64,000 nucleotides of DNA from an uncultured Ruficoccus sp. (lineage in GTDB: Bacteria > Verrucomicrobiota > Verrucomicrobiia > Opitutales > Cerasicoccaceae). Position numbers and translations under genes: made by a program. How positions within the stretch are numbered: position 1 is the first letter of the stretch; every line of letters starts with the position of its first letter. The notes beneath the pieces were generated by a model. That model saw only the letters and a program-made list of their open reading frames with translations. It ran no database searches and had not been told where the DNA came from. Positions 40,390-50,567 of the stretch are shown piece after piece. Where the stretch lies: the NCBI GenBank assembly GCA_965140785.1, contig OZ223481.1:480001-544000 (forward strand), written 5' to 3'.

Positions 40390-41148
40390 ATGCACAAGGA
40401 AACCTTACTCTACCCAGTTCATAATAAGTATCGGAAGCTCTCGCGGAGCGTCGGCCCCAGCAGTGAGTGGAAGCTGTTGGCGCTGCTTTTTGTGTGCGCT
40501 TTGTTCGTTGCGCCGTCGGCCCGGGCGCTGCAGACGTTAAGCCTGACCTTTCAGGAAGATACGGGTGCGAACCAAGTGATAATGACTTTCAACGGACAAG
40601 TCATGGCCTTGGGCGGCACCGCCTGGAATGCCGCAGAGAATGACGGGCTGTATCTTTATAATTCGGACGCAACCGCCCGCTATGGCTTTGCCGTCGGTAA
40701 CAGCAACACGCTCTTTGGCGGTGTGCCGGTGGATGAAAACTGGGAGTTTACTCAGGATGTGGGATGGTCTGATCTGCAGGGTCTGGAGGTTCAATCCGCA
40801 GCTCCCGGAGGCGGAGTATTATATGCGCCTGTCGAAGATCCGGAGGTCATTCCCACTCTCTTCTTATTCTATGATACCGCTTGGGAGGCGGGGGACACTC
40901 TCGTGTGGGACAACGTCACCTATACCCTCGATAATACCACACTGGCCGACTTGGGCCTGACTGCCGGGGACACCGGCTCCATGACCTTTACGCGCACGCA
41001 GGGGGAAGCTTATGAACTCGTTTTTACCTATACCGCCCTGGAAAACGTTCCCGAGCCCTCTGCCTGGGCGATGATTGTCGGGATGGGCTGCCTGGGGCTT
41101 ATCGGTATCCGCTATCGCGGGCATCGCCGCGGGGTATTGCAGCGGTAA
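40390..41148 (+). CDS. PEP-CTERM sorting domain protein
   Basis: Signal peptide; C-terminal VPEPS + TM helix + basic tail RYRGHRR. Confidence 0.92.
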   Translation: MHKETLLYPVHNKYRKLSRSVGPSSEWKLLALLFVCALFVAPSARALQTLSLTFQEDTGANQVIMTFNGQVMALGGTAWNAAENDGLYLYNSDATARYGFAVGNSNTLFGGVPVDENWEFTQDVGWSDLQGLEVQSAAPGGGVLYAPVEDPEVIPTLFLFYDTAWEAGDTLVWDNVTYTLDNTTLADLGLTAGDTGSMTFTRTQGEAYELVFTYTALENVPEPSAWAMIVGMGCLGLIGIRYRGHRRGVLQR

Positions 41149-41282
41149 GCCTTTCCTGACGCCTGGGGTGACGACCGGGCCGTGCATGACGGTGCCGTGA
41201 CGCAGGTTCTGCCTTCCGCCTTCCCGGCTCGCCCAGGGCGATCCCCGTCAACGAACCGGCTGCAAGCCTGCCGGGGGCGCAA

Positions 41283-42695
41283 TTACCGGGCGGGCCGGTA
41301 AACGTGCTTGTTGATCCCCTTGGCGATGGCCGCCCGGTACACGTCGAGATTTTCGATCACGCCGAGGCCGAGGAGCTGGTAGCCGATATTGCCGACAGAG
41401 GTGCCCTCCAGATTGTAGCTGGTCACGGGCAGGCCGCAGGCGTCAGCGATGCGCTGGCACAGCAGCTGGTTCTTCGAACCGCCGCCGACGATGGCGATGT
41501 TGTCAAAGGACTCGCCCGTCATCTGGCCGAACTGCTTCACGGTATTGGCGACGGACTGGGCCAGCGAATCGCAGATCAGCCGCATGTACGCTGCCAGCGT
41601 GGTGGGCGGGGTGCCGCCCTGCTGGCGGATGTTGGCCTCGATGGCCTCCCGCATGTCGTCCGGGTTGAAAAGGGTCTGGTCCGTGCAGTCGATGAGGGTG
41701 TCCGGTGTGGGCTCGTCCTCGGCCTGGTCGGCCAGGGCGTCCCAACCGGCTCCGCTGGTGGGGCGGTCGGGGAACTTGAGCGAGAGCTGTTCGAGCAGCC
41801 ACAGGCCCAGGAGAATCTTGTTCGGGCGGTAGCCGCCGAGGCCGTCGCGCTCGTTGCTGACGCCCAGTTTGTACGCCGCTTCGCCCTTGGCGGGTTGGGC
41901 GGTCAGGCCCCCGGTGAGTAGCCACGTTCCCGCCGAGATAAAGATGTCGTTGCCGGTCTTCGGAATGGCTTCGAAGGCGCAGGAGGTGTCGTGGCCGGGC
42001 ACGAGAATCGTCTCCACCCCCTCGAGTCCCTCAATGTCGCGCACCTTGCCCAGCTTGACCCCGGCCCGCGTCGGCCCCTCGAACCACTGCTGCGGGATGC
42101 CGAAGTAATCCAGCGCCCCCTCCGAGAAGCTCATCTCGGTCAGGTCGAGGAGCTGGCCCGTGCTGGCGATGGAGACCTCGTTGCACATTCTGCCCGAGAG
42201 CAGGTAGTTAAAGTAATCCGGCAGCAGCAGCACGCGGCTGGCCATGTCCTTGAGTGCGGGGTAGGCGCTGAGCGTCTCGCCCAGTTGCAGCGCGGTGTTG
42301 TAATTGATCGGGGGCAGGCCGGTCCAGTCGTAGAGGCGGCGGTCATCGCCGGAGTCGATCAGGCGCTGGCGCAGCGGCTCGGTGCGCTGGTCGCGGTAAG
42401 CGTGCATGGGGAAAACCAGGCGCCCGTCCTCGTCCAGCAGGACGTGGTCCACGCCCCAGGTGTCCACCCCGCACGAGACCAGGTCCGGGAAGAGCCGCTT
42501 GGCCTCCTGCAGGCCCTTGCGCACTTGGGTAAAGAGCGCGGCGATATCCCAGTAGTCGTTGTTATTAAGGCGGTGAAATGCGTTGGGAAAGCGGTGGACC
42601 TCGGTCAGCTCCAGGGTGTCATTGGCCCAGGTGCCGACGATGACGCGTCCGCTGGTGGCTCCCAAATCGATGGCGGCGGCATGTACTTTACTCAT
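41283..42695 (-). CDS. rhaB: Rhamnulokinase/fuculokinase (FGGY family)
   Basis: AIDLGATSGRV, VDTWGVD, GHDTSCA, GLWLL, VGGGS. Confidence 0.88.
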   Translation of the reverse strand: MSKVHAAAIDLGATSGRVIVGTWANDTLELTEVHRFPNAFHRLNNNDYWDIAALFTQVRKGLQEAKRLFPDLVSCGVDTWGVDHVLLDEDGRLVFPMHAYRDQRTEPLRQRLIDSGDDRRLYDWTGLPPINYNTALQLGETLSAYPALKDMASRVLLLPDYFNYLLSGRMCNEVSIASTGQLLDLTEMSFSEGALDYFGIPQQWFEGPTRAGVKLGKVRDIEGLEGVETILVPGHDTSCAFEAIPKTGNDIFISAGTWLLTGGLTAQPAKGEAAYKLGVSNERDGLGGYRPNKILLGLWLLEQLSLKFPDRPTSGAGWDALADQAEDEPTPDTLIDCTDQTLFNPDDMREAIEANIRQQGGTPPTTLAAYMRLICDSLAQSVANTVKQFGQMTGESFDNIAIVGGGSKNQLLCQRIADACGLPVTSYNLEGTSVGNIGYQLLGLGVIENLDVYRAAIAKGINKHVYRPAR

Positions 42696-42723
42696 GGGGT
42701 CGTAAAAAAAAGAGGGGCGGGGT

Positions 42724-43506
42724 TCAGGGTTCGATCTTGCCGGGAGGGGCTACGAGGATCTTCGTTCCGGCCTCCGCAGCCAGGCTGGCGATGTCGGCGG
42801 GCGGTTCCCGGTCGGTGATGATGGTGAATTTGTCGGAAAGTTCAGTCACCAGGCTCAGGGCGCGCTTGCCGACCTTGGAGCTGTCCATGACGAAGTAGAG
42901 CCGGTCGCAGACATTGACCATGTGCTGCTGGAAGGAGGCGATGAACGAGTTATTGTTCCAGATGCCCTCCGGGGTCAGTCCGGCGCAGCCGCACACGGCG
43001 ATGTCCACATGGACGCGGTTGATGGCCTGCTCGCAGGCCGGGCCGTAAAGGATACCCAGACGCGAGTAAACCGTGCCACCGGTGACAATCGTCTCCGAGG
43101 AGCCCACCTCGCCGAAGAGCGCGGCGATGGGCAGGGAGTTGGTGATCACGACGAGGCGCTTCTCGACCAGGGAGCGGGCCACCGTGTAGGTGGTGGTGCC
43201 GCCGTCGAGCATGACGGTCATGCCCGGCTCGATCAACTCGGCCATTGTGCGGGCGATGGCGTGCTTTTCCTCCGTCTGCCGGTTGTCCTGGGTGATGAAG
43301 TCGTAGCCGGTGCTGCCGTTGTCCTCCTCGACCAGGCTGGCTCCGCCGTGGTGACGGCAGATGATGTTGGCCGCCTCCAGTTCGTTAAGCGCCCGTCGGA
43401 CCGTGGACAGGCTGATATCGAACTTTTCGGCCAGCGTGTGAAGATCCGCGTACTTGTGCTCGCGGATGTACTTCTCGATCAGGTCCAGGCGCTGTTTGTT
43501 CGTCAT
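42724..43506 (-). CDS. DeoR/GlpR transcriptional regulator
   Basis: SLSTVRRAL...RHHGGA, LDGGTTT, VITNSL, DSSKVG. Confidence 0.93.
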   Translation of the reverse strand: MTNKQRLDLIEKYIREHKYADLHTLAEKFDISLSTVRRALNELEAANIICRHHGGASLVEEDNGSTGYDFITQDNRQTEEKHAIARTMAELIEPGMTVMLDGGTTTYTVARSLVEKRLVVITNSLPIAALFGEVGSSETIVTGGTVYSRLGILYGPACEQAINRVHVDIAVCGCAGLTPEGIWNNNSFIASFQQHMVNVCDRLYFVMDSSKVGKRALSLVTELSDKFTIITDREPPADIASLAAEAGTKILVAPPGKIEP

Positions 43507-43582
43507 GAAAATCGCTCTTACCCTGAAGGCGCTTCCACAATCTGTCAAAAACAATCAGTTGCTTCCAGTTGATTGGTAGGGC

Positions 43583-43984
43583 TCAGTTCAAGGAACCGTC
43601 CCAGAGCTTCCAGGGCGCGATTTCGAGGCTGTTACCGGCCGGATCGCGGAAGTAGAGCGAGTGGACGCCCTCGCGCCAGACATGCTCCATCTCCAGCGGG
43701 ATGTCCAGCTCGGCCAGGCGCAGTTTCCACGCTGGGATTTCTCCGGCTTCCACCCGGAAGCAAACATGGCTGGCTCCGGTAGCGCCGTGCGGGGGGACCT
43801 CGTCATTGTGGGCCGACTCATGCGGATCGAAAATCAGCAGCATCGCCCCCTCCAGCCGGTAAAAGACAAACCGCCCCGCCTCTTTCGCCAGCGGCTCCTG
43901 CCCGAGCAGGCGCGTATAAAACGCTTCCGCCGTCTCCAGATCGTTGGCGTAGAGGCAGGTTTCGAGTATGCTTCGCAAGTTCAA
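43583..43984 (-). CDS. VOC/glyoxalase family protein
   Basis: LETCLY, PPHGATGASHVCF, SLYFRDPAGNSLE. Confidence 0.9.
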   Translation of the reverse strand: MNLRSILETCLYANDLETAEAFYTRLLGQEPLAKEAGRFVFYRLEGAMLLIFDPHESAHNDEVPPHGATGASHVCFRVEAGEIPAWKLRLAELDIPLEMEHVWREGVHSLYFRDPAGNSLEIAPWKLWDGSLN

Positions 43985-44094
43985 GGTTTGATCGTTTGAG
44001 GGTTTGAAAGTTAGCGGGCTGAGAATCTCTCATCCGGTTTCAGGCAGCCCGGCCCTCCCAACTTTCAAACCCTCAAACCCCAAACGCTCAAACT
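43985..44094. repeat. Inverted pair of 8-nt-period (..CAAAC) tandem arrays
   Basis: Perfect 19-bp IR GTTTGAGGGTTTGAAAGTT (43994-44012) / AACTTTCAAACCCTCAAAC (44060-44078). Confidence 0.85.
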
Positions 44095-44099
44095 TATTT

Positions 44100-45725
44100 C
44101 TACAGTCCGATCCGCCGCAGGGGCTTCCCGGCGTAGATATTCTCCTCGATTTTTTCCAGCGGCACGCCGCGGGTTTCCGGCAGGAAGCGTATGGCCAGCG
44201 CCAGTCCCACAGCGGTAAACCCGGCGTAGATGAGGAAGGTGAACGACATGCCCAGCCCGTCCTTCATGACTGGGAACAACTGGCTGACGAAGTAGTCCAC
44301 CAGCCAGTTGGCCGCCACCGCCACGGACATCCCGATGCCGCGGAAGCGGATGGGGAAGATTTCGCTGATCATGAGCCAGCACAGCGGCCCCGCGCTGATG
44401 GCGAAGCAGATGATGTAGAGCAGGATGCTGGCGAAAATCCAGTACGTGATGGCCGGGGGCTTGCCGGGCTTGAGCGCGGCGCCGGCGTTCGCGGCGTCCC
44501 GCTGGTCGGTGGTCTGTTCGTGGGTCACGACGGCTCCGGCATTGGGCAGGACGGGGCGCTGCCCGGCCTTGTCGGTGGTGGTAATGTCGCGGGCTTCCAG
44601 CGCGGCGGTGGCCTGAAACTGCTCGTACTTGTGGAACAGGTACGCCTGCGCCCCCAGCATGACAATGATGCCGCTCACCCCGATGAACATCAGCTTGCGC
44701 CGCCCCAGCTTGTCCACCAGAAAGATCGAGCCGACCGTGGCCACGAGGTTGACCAGTCCCATCGCCACCTGCGCCCACATCGACGCCGAGGCGCTGAATC
44801 CGCCCTGGCTGAAAATCTGCGGGCCGAAGTACATGTCCGCGTTGATCCCGGTGGACTGCTGGAAGAATTGCAGAAAGAATCCCAGCAGCATGACCGGCAG
44901 GATCAGCTTGCCGAAGCAGGCCTTCATGTTGACGCTCGTCTTGCGGGCGGCGGCTTCATGGATGTCGCAGAAAGTCGAGCGGGCCGCTTCTTTGCCCATC
45001 ATGCGCATGAGCACGTGGTGCGCCTCCTGCAGGAACTTGTTTTCGATCAGCCAGCGGGGGCTGTTGGGCATCTTGAACATGCCGAAGAGGAAGATGAAGG
45101 CCGGCACCAGCCCGATGGCCAGCATGACCCGCCAGTTGATGTCGGTGTCCTTGATCGAGGCATCGACCGCTACGCCGACCAGAAACGAGAACAGAATCCC
45201 CACAACGATCGACAACTGATACATGAACAAAATCCGCCCGCGGGACTCCGGCGGGGCCACCTCGGCCATGTACATCGGCGTGATAACGGCGGAGTTGCCG
45301 ATGGCCAGCCCCATCATCAGGCGCGCCGCCACGAAGACCCACAAGCCCGGAGCGAGCGCTGCCACCGCGATCCCGGCGATGAATAAAAACGCATTGAAAA
45401 TCAGTCCCTTCTTTCGCCCGAACCGGTCCGATATCTTGCCCCCGAACAGCGCGCCGATAAGCGCTCCCAGCGGCACCGCCGCCACCCACAGCCCTTGCAG
45501 CAGGGGCGACTGCTCCAGGTGGAAGAACGTGTTGACCGAGCCGCCCACGGCGGCGGCGATAGAAGCGTCAAATCCGAACAGCACCCCGGACATGGCCGCG
45601 ACCGTGCCCACGAAAAAGCTGCTGAGGGGTTTGATCACGACGTCCTGAAGGGCCGTTTCGACCTCTTCGAGAACGTTGCGCAGGTGTGAGGGGATGGACA
45701 GCTGGGCAAGAGACGTATCACTCAT
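44100..45725 (-). CDS. Sugar porter family MFS transporter
   Basis: LFGFD, SDRFGRK, PMYMAE, QQSTGIN, SEIFP, PETRG. Confidence 0.95.
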   Translation of the reverse strand: MSDTSLAQLSIPSHLRNVLEEVETALQDVVIKPLSSFFVGTVAAMSGVLFGFDASIAAAVGGSVNTFFHLEQSPLLQGLWVAAVPLGALIGALFGGKISDRFGRKKGLIFNAFLFIAGIAVAALAPGLWVFVAARLMMGLAIGNSAVITPMYMAEVAPPESRGRILFMYQLSIVVGILFSFLVGVAVDASIKDTDINWRVMLAIGLVPAFIFLFGMFKMPNSPRWLIENKFLQEAHHVLMRMMGKEAARSTFCDIHEAAARKTSVNMKACFGKLILPVMLLGFFLQFFQQSTGINADMYFGPQIFSQGGFSASASMWAQVAMGLVNLVATVGSIFLVDKLGRRKLMFIGVSGIIVMLGAQAYLFHKYEQFQATAALEARDITTTDKAGQRPVLPNAGAVVTHEQTTDQRDAANAGAALKPGKPPAITYWIFASILLYIICFAISAGPLCWLMISEIFPIRFRGIGMSVAVAANWLVDYFVSQLFPVMKDGLGMSFTFLIYAGFTAVGLALAIRFLPETRGVPLEKIEENIYAGKPLRRIGL

Positions 45726-45936
45726 GGGCAGATAGGGGGGGGGACCGCAGTTTCCCTTCCGGCCCAGGACGAACCAACCGGCACCGGCCAGCGGGTTCGA
45801 GGAGGGGGAAATGTTGCGGCAGGGGGGTTCAAGATGTGCCGGATGGGGTTAATCACAATTCATCGGATTGACACCCATTTGGCAAGGTAAGAATACCCCT
45901 TTTGCGGAAGCTTTCACCGTCCGCAGCGGCTTCCCT

Positions 45937-46329
45937 TCACGACTTCTGAGCGGGTGAGTGCCGGTCCCGTTCCCAGATCACCGTCTCATCCTCCCCGTAG
46001 GTGATGCGGTTTACATCGGGAGGGATGGCTATGGCCTTCTCAAAGCTGCCGTTGACCCCACTTTGTGTTGCCGGAACCAGATGCACCATGATCTGCAGGC
46101 TGTCAGGATGCCTGATCACGTCCACCCGGTCCACCAGATAGGCGCTGTGTCCGCAGATACCCTCTATGATGAGGACTTTCTTGCCGTTCTCATCGACGAC
46201 TTGCTGGTGATAATCAAACGTGTCCGCGCGCGAAAGGATGAAATCGCCGGGTAGCAGCGACTGGCACGCGCCCAGTGCCAGGGTGAAAAGCACTAGAACG
46301 GGAAAGGAAAAGGCGGGACAGGCTTTCAT
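45937..46329 (-). CDS. Hypothetical lipoprotein
   Basis: Lipobox LGAC. Confidence 0.65.
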   Translation of the reverse strand: MKACPAFSFPVLVLFTLALGACQSLLPGDFILSRADTFDYHQQVVDENGKKVLIIEGICGHSAYLVDRVDVIRHPDSLQIMVHLVPATQSGVNGSFEKAIAIPPDVNRITYGEDETVIWERDRHSPAQKS

Positions 46330-46344
46330 GGGAGCGGTTGAAGG

Positions 46345-47226
46345 CTATCCGCCGAAGTCGTACAAGGCGCGTCCCTGCGCGCCCGGCTCGCAGGCGAACA
46401 AATGACCGGCGGCCTTGGCCTCGGTGGCATTCATTTTGTCGATCCCGGCCTTGGACGTGGTGAAGTAGAGGGTGCCCATGTCGGGGCCGCCGAAGCTCGG
46501 GCAGGTCACGCGCGGGGTGGGGCACAGGACCCGTTCAATCATTTTGCCGGTGCGCGGGTCGTAGCAGGCGACCATGGAGCCGCCGTAAAGGGCGACCCAG
46601 AGATTGTCCTCGGTGTCGATGGTCATGCCGTCGGGCACGCCAAGCTCCTCCGGGACCTCCACCACCGTGCGGCGGTTGGAGAGGCTGCCCGTGACCGCGT
46701 CGTAGTCGAAGGCCTCGATCAGGCGGGTGGGCGAGTCAACGTAGTACATCGTCTGCTCGTCCTTCGTCCAGCACAGGCCGTTGGAGATGGTGACGTTGTC
46801 GAGCAGGTGGCGGTAGTTGAAATCCTTTTCGATCAGCCAGAGGCTGCCCAACGGGCTCTTGCCGTCGTAGGCCATGGAGCCGCCGTAGAGCCGCCCGTCC
46901 GGGCCGGGCTTGCCGTCGTTGAAACGCGTGGTCTCCAGGTCGGCTTCCGGGTCAATCACGAAGGTGATCTCGTTCTCCTTGAGGTCGAGCCGGGCGATTC
47001 CGTCGCGGGTGCCCAGGAGCAGGTCGCCGTTGACGGTCGGGTGCGCAAAGCCCACATGGCAGGGCACTTTCCACATCCGGTCTTCGTCCTTGGCGGGGTC
47101 GTAGAGATGGACCTCGCAGGCGAGAATGTCCACCCAGATAAGCTGCTGGCGGGCTTCCCACCAGTAGGCGCCTTCGCCGTGCTGCTTGGCGCACGGGTGG
47201 AGCTGGATCGCGTGGTGCGTCTTCAT
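46345..47226 (-). CDS. SMP-30/gluconolactonase/LRE family protein
   Basis: GEGAYW, RFNDG, SNGL, PDGMTID. Confidence 0.93.
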   Translation of the reverse strand: MKTHHAIQLHPCAKQHGEGAYWWEARQQLIWVDILACEVHLYDPAKDEDRMWKVPCHVGFAHPTVNGDLLLGTRDGIARLDLKENEITFVIDPEADLETTRFNDGKPGPDGRLYGGSMAYDGKSPLGSLWLIEKDFNYRHLLDNVTISNGLCWTKDEQTMYYVDSPTRLIEAFDYDAVTGSLSNRRTVVEVPEELGVPDGMTIDTEDNLWVALYGGSMVACYDPRTGKMIERVLCPTPRVTCPSFGGPDMGTLYFTTSKAGIDKMNATEAKAAGHLFACEPGAQGRALYDFGG

Positions 47227-47245
47227 GGGGGTATCACTGAGTCAC

Positions 47246-47277
47246 AAAAAGACCGGTGCGGCAAGCCCGCACCGGTC
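47246..47277 (-). terminator. Probable intrinsic terminator downstream of the isomerase gene
   Basis: GACCGGTGCGG/CCGCACCGGTC stem followed by T5 on the minus strand. Confidence 0.7.
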
Positions 47278-47356
47278 CTGAAAAGCAATCCGGGTTATTT
47301 TCTCAGGGATGAGAAGGGACCGTCTTGGCCCCATCCTCCTCCGAAATGATAAGATT

Positions 47357-47430
47357 TAAATCCACCGATGACACAGATTTACCCGGATGAAGGCCCTATC
47401 CGGTGAAATATCCGGGCTATCCGTGGTTAA
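47357..47430. repeat. Imperfect hairpin of ~9-nt-period CxGAT units
   Basis: TTAAATCCACCGATGACACAGATTTACCCGGAT...ATCCGGTG...ATCCGGG..ATCCGTGGTTAA. Confidence 0.6.
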
Positions 47431-47460
47431 ACGCTTATCATCAAAACCCGGGCGCGTGCC

Positions 47461-49095
47461 TTAAAGCTTGCCGCCCTTGGCGTCGGTCCCGCAGATGGAC
47501 ACCTCGATGCCGAGCTGGCGTGCCAGTTCCGCCTTGGCGTAGAGGCAGAGGTCGGCCCCCTTGGCGTCCTTGGCGTAGGCCACGTTGAGGTGGTTGGCCT
47601 TGTGGCGGGCCATCATCTGGTCACGGCTGACTCCGTAGGAGACGAAGTGCATGATCGGCCACTGCGGCGTGGTTTCGTTCAGGCGGCGCTGCGTTTCCTC
47701 TTCGGGCAGCTCGATCGCCTTACCGCGGCCCAGGTCCAGCTTGAGTTTGCCGTCCTCGACATAGACGCGGCTCCAGACCAGTTCGCCCGGCTTGGCCACG
47801 CCCATGAGGGTGCTGCCCCCGGCCGGGAAGTACATGGCCGGCTGGCGGTAGCCGTGGCTGCCCTTCCAGCCGCCGACGTGGTGCTCGACCGGAGCGCCGC
47901 CGGAGATGAGGAAGACCCAGACGTACTCGTCGGTCGAGCCGGACTGGTCCCAGTCGCCCCAGCGCAGGTCGTGCAGGGTGGTTTCGGGCGGCTGGTTGAG
48001 AGCGCGGTGCACGCGGTTGGTGAAGATCGCGTCGAGCCCGACGCATTCGTCCACCTCGTTGAAGTGCGGGTAGGGCAAGCCCTTCTTGATGATCTCGCCC
48101 TTGGCGTTCTTGACCGGCGGGCGGTCGGAGCTGTTAAGCATGCCTTCGACCAGGTCGGAGGCGGCGCACAGGTCCTTGAGGCCCTGCTGGTACTGGATAC
48201 CGAGGGCTTCGCACCCGAAGGTGTCCCCGATGCGGCAGGCGGCGATGTACATCTTGCACTGCTCGATCACCTGCTTCTTGGTCAGGTCGGTCTTGCCGTT
48301 TTTACCAAAGTGGAAGTTGAAGCCCTTCTTTTCGATAAACTGGTAAACCTCTTCGGCTTCCTTGTTGGAGACCTGGGTCATCTCGTAGTACAGGGCGCTC
48401 TGGCTCAGGCGCTCCTTGTACACGCCGAGGGGAAAGAGCAACTCGTCCGGGATGGCGGCATTGTACATGCCCATGCAGAACTCGTCGAACACGCCCATGA
48501 TGGCCTTGTTCTGGTCGAGGTCCTTGACGATCTTGGCGGCTACGCTCTTGGCGCGGGCGGGCGCCTTTTTCGGGGCGTACTTGCGCACGTGGGCGGTCGG
48601 GTGCTTGACCTCACCGGTTTCCAGCCAGGTGGAGAGGTTTTTCTGGAAAGCCTTGTCGGTCTGGAAATCCTCGCTCCACAGGGTGGAGTACTTGACGCCG
48701 GCCTTGGTCAGGGAGCCGTTCAGGTTGAGCATGCCGACCAGTCCGGGCCACGTGCCGCTCCAGTTGGCCAGGGTCAGGATCGGGCCCTGGTGGGAGATCA
48801 GTCCGGCCAGAATGTGGTGGGAGTACTGCCAAACGGCTTCGGCCACGATGATGGGGGCCTTGCGGTCGATCTTGGCGAAGATGTCCATCCCCTCGCGCTG
48901 ACTGTCGATGAAGCCATGCCCTTTGTCTTTCTTGACGGAGTGGGCACGCTTGACGGTGTAGCCCAGGAGGGAGACAACCTTCTTCAGTTCGTTTTCCATT
49001 TTCTCCTGTTCGGACCAGCACATCTGGTTGGCCGAGAGGCGTAGGTCGCCATTGGCAACGAGCAGGACGGTTTTTGCGGGGTTTTTTTTAGCCAT
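47461..49095 (-). CDS. L-fucose/L-arabinose isomerase-family protein
   Basis: [39 protein letters not shown]. Confidence 0.8.
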   Translation of the reverse strand: MAKKNPAKTVLLVANGDLRLSANQMCWSEQEKMENELKKVVSLLGYTVKRAHSVKKDKGHGFIDSQREGMDIFAKIDRKAPIIVAEAVWQYSHHILAGLISHQGPILTLANWSGTWPGLVGMLNLNGSLTKAGVKYSTLWSEDFQTDKAFQKNLSTWLETGEVKHPTAHVRKYAPKKAPARAKSVAAKIVKDLDQNKAIMGVFDEFCMGMYNAAIPDELLFPLGVYKERLSQSALYYEMTQVSNKEAEEVYQFIEKKGFNFHFGKNGKTDLTKKQVIEQCKMYIAACRIGDTFGCEALGIQYQQGLKDLCAASDLVEGMLNSSDRPPVKNAKGEIIKKGLPYPHFNEVDECVGLDAIFTNRVHRALNQPPETTLHDLRWGDWDQSGSTDEYVWVFLISGGAPVEHHVGGWKGSHGYRQPAMYFPAGGSTLMGVAKPGELVWSRVYVEDGKLKLDLGRGKAIELPEEETQRRLNETTPQWPIMHFVSYGVSRDQMMARHKANHLNVAYAKDAKGADLCLYAKAELARQLGIEVSICGTDAKGGKL

Positions 49096-49338
49096 GGTAG
49101 TTGTTGGATGATTTTGGCGTTTCTTGCGCGTTTATTCAAGGCACCCCGGATACGCCTTGGCAAGTGAAATCACTGGTCGCAAACGGGCGAACGGTGGTCT
49201 ATTTTTGGTAATGGAACTGCGGCGATGGCGGAACCGGCACGGGGTTGAGCCGGGGCTGGCCGGCGAGTGCACCTGCCGGCCAGCCATGCCTTTGTTCCCG
49301 GCAAAGGCATCCCGGCGCACAGCACCGAGGGTGCAGGG

Positions 49339-50310
49339 CTAGGCCCGGCTGGTGAGGGTGTGGACGGTGATCTCCGCCGGGCAGTTGAAGCGCAGGGGGA
49401 CGCAACCGGCGCCCGTGCCCCGGGAAGTATAGCCCTTCAGGCGCCCGTACTGCCAGGCACTCGCCACGAGGCGGCGCGGCACGGGACAGTGGGTAAGAAC
49501 GGCGCGTCCGCCGGGCAGACAGAGCTGACCGCCGTGGGTATGCCCCGAGAGCATCAAGTCCACCCCCAGCCCTTCGGCTTCCAGGTAGGTCTGCGGGCTG
49601 TGCGAAAGGAGGATTTTGCACGCCTCCGGCGGGACCTCGCGCAGGGCGCGCGGCAGATCGTGGGTTTTATAATAGTAAGCATCGTCCACCCCGGCTAGCC
49701 AGAGCGTTTGCTCCCCGCGTTCGAGCGGGATGGCCTCGTTGAGCAGCAGACGCATGCCCATCGCCTCCAGATCGGGGGCTTTTTCGATAAAATCGTGATT
49801 GCCCAGCACCCCGGCCTTGAGGCCGGTCAGGTGACGGTAGATCTGGGCCGTCTGCCGCATGGAAGCGCGGTGGCAATCCCGGGTGCAGTTGCGGTAGTCG
49901 CCGGTGTTGACGCACAGGTCGTACTCAATGCCGGTCAGGGCCTGGATGACCATTTCGGGCAGGATCGGGTCGAGGTCCGTGTGCAGGTCGGCGATATGCA
50001 GGATGCGGTACCCCTCGAAAGCTTCGGGCAGGCGCGGCAGGACGACGCGGTTCTCGACCCGGCGGATTTTCAGGAAATTCCGGTACCCGCGTCCGTACAG
50101 GCCGGTGGCCTTGAAAGCGAGCGTCAGCACCTGTTCCATGTTCAGGTAGCGCTCCAGCCGAAAAATTCCTTCCCCCTGGATGGCCATGTGTGCTTCCAGC
50201 TCCTGCTGGGAGCGCAGCCGCCGCTCGAGGTTGGCCTCGCCCAGTCGCTCGCCGATCCGGGTATAGAAATCGGTTTCGTCCGCAGAGGAGACTTGAGGGA
50301 CGGTATTCAT
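49339..50310 (-). CDS. Metallophosphoesterase
   Basis: ADLH, TGD, GNHD, LLSH, SGHTHGGQ. Confidence 0.93.
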   Translation of the reverse strand: MNTVPQVSSADETDFYTRIGERLGEANLERRLRSQQELEAHMAIQGEGIFRLERYLNMEQVLTLAFKATGLYGRGYRNFLKIRRVENRVVLPRLPEAFEGYRILHIADLHTDLDPILPEMVIQALTGIEYDLCVNTGDYRNCTRDCHRASMRQTAQIYRHLTGLKAGVLGNHDFIEKAPDLEAMGMRLLLNEAIPLERGEQTLWLAGVDDAYYYKTHDLPRALREVPPEACKILLSHSPQTYLEAEGLGVDLMLSGHTHGGQLCLPGGRAVLTHCPVPRRLVASAWQYGRLKGYTSRGTGAGCVPLRFNCPAEITVHTLTSRA

Positions 50311-50567
50311 GCCAAGGGTAGGGGATGATGCCCGATCTCTTCCCTTGCGGCAACATCGGATCATTTGCGCCGGGGTTAACGGTTACGCCCGCTTCACGCC
50401 TGCCTTTTGCAGAAAATGTCCTCGACTCTCCAGGAGCCGACGGTTCTTGGGAGAGCGGCCATTGGGCCGCGTATAGGCGCAAGCTCCTCATGGACAGTGC
50501 GGACGTGCACCGACGCCAGCCGGGGCTTGCCAGGGGGGCTCGGATGGGTTTGGATAAGTGGTTTCCG

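Noticed and set aside
50311..50567. FMN riboswitch upstream of ribBA
   Set aside because: The conserved RFN motif (AGGGCGGGGTGAAATTCCC...) was not found.
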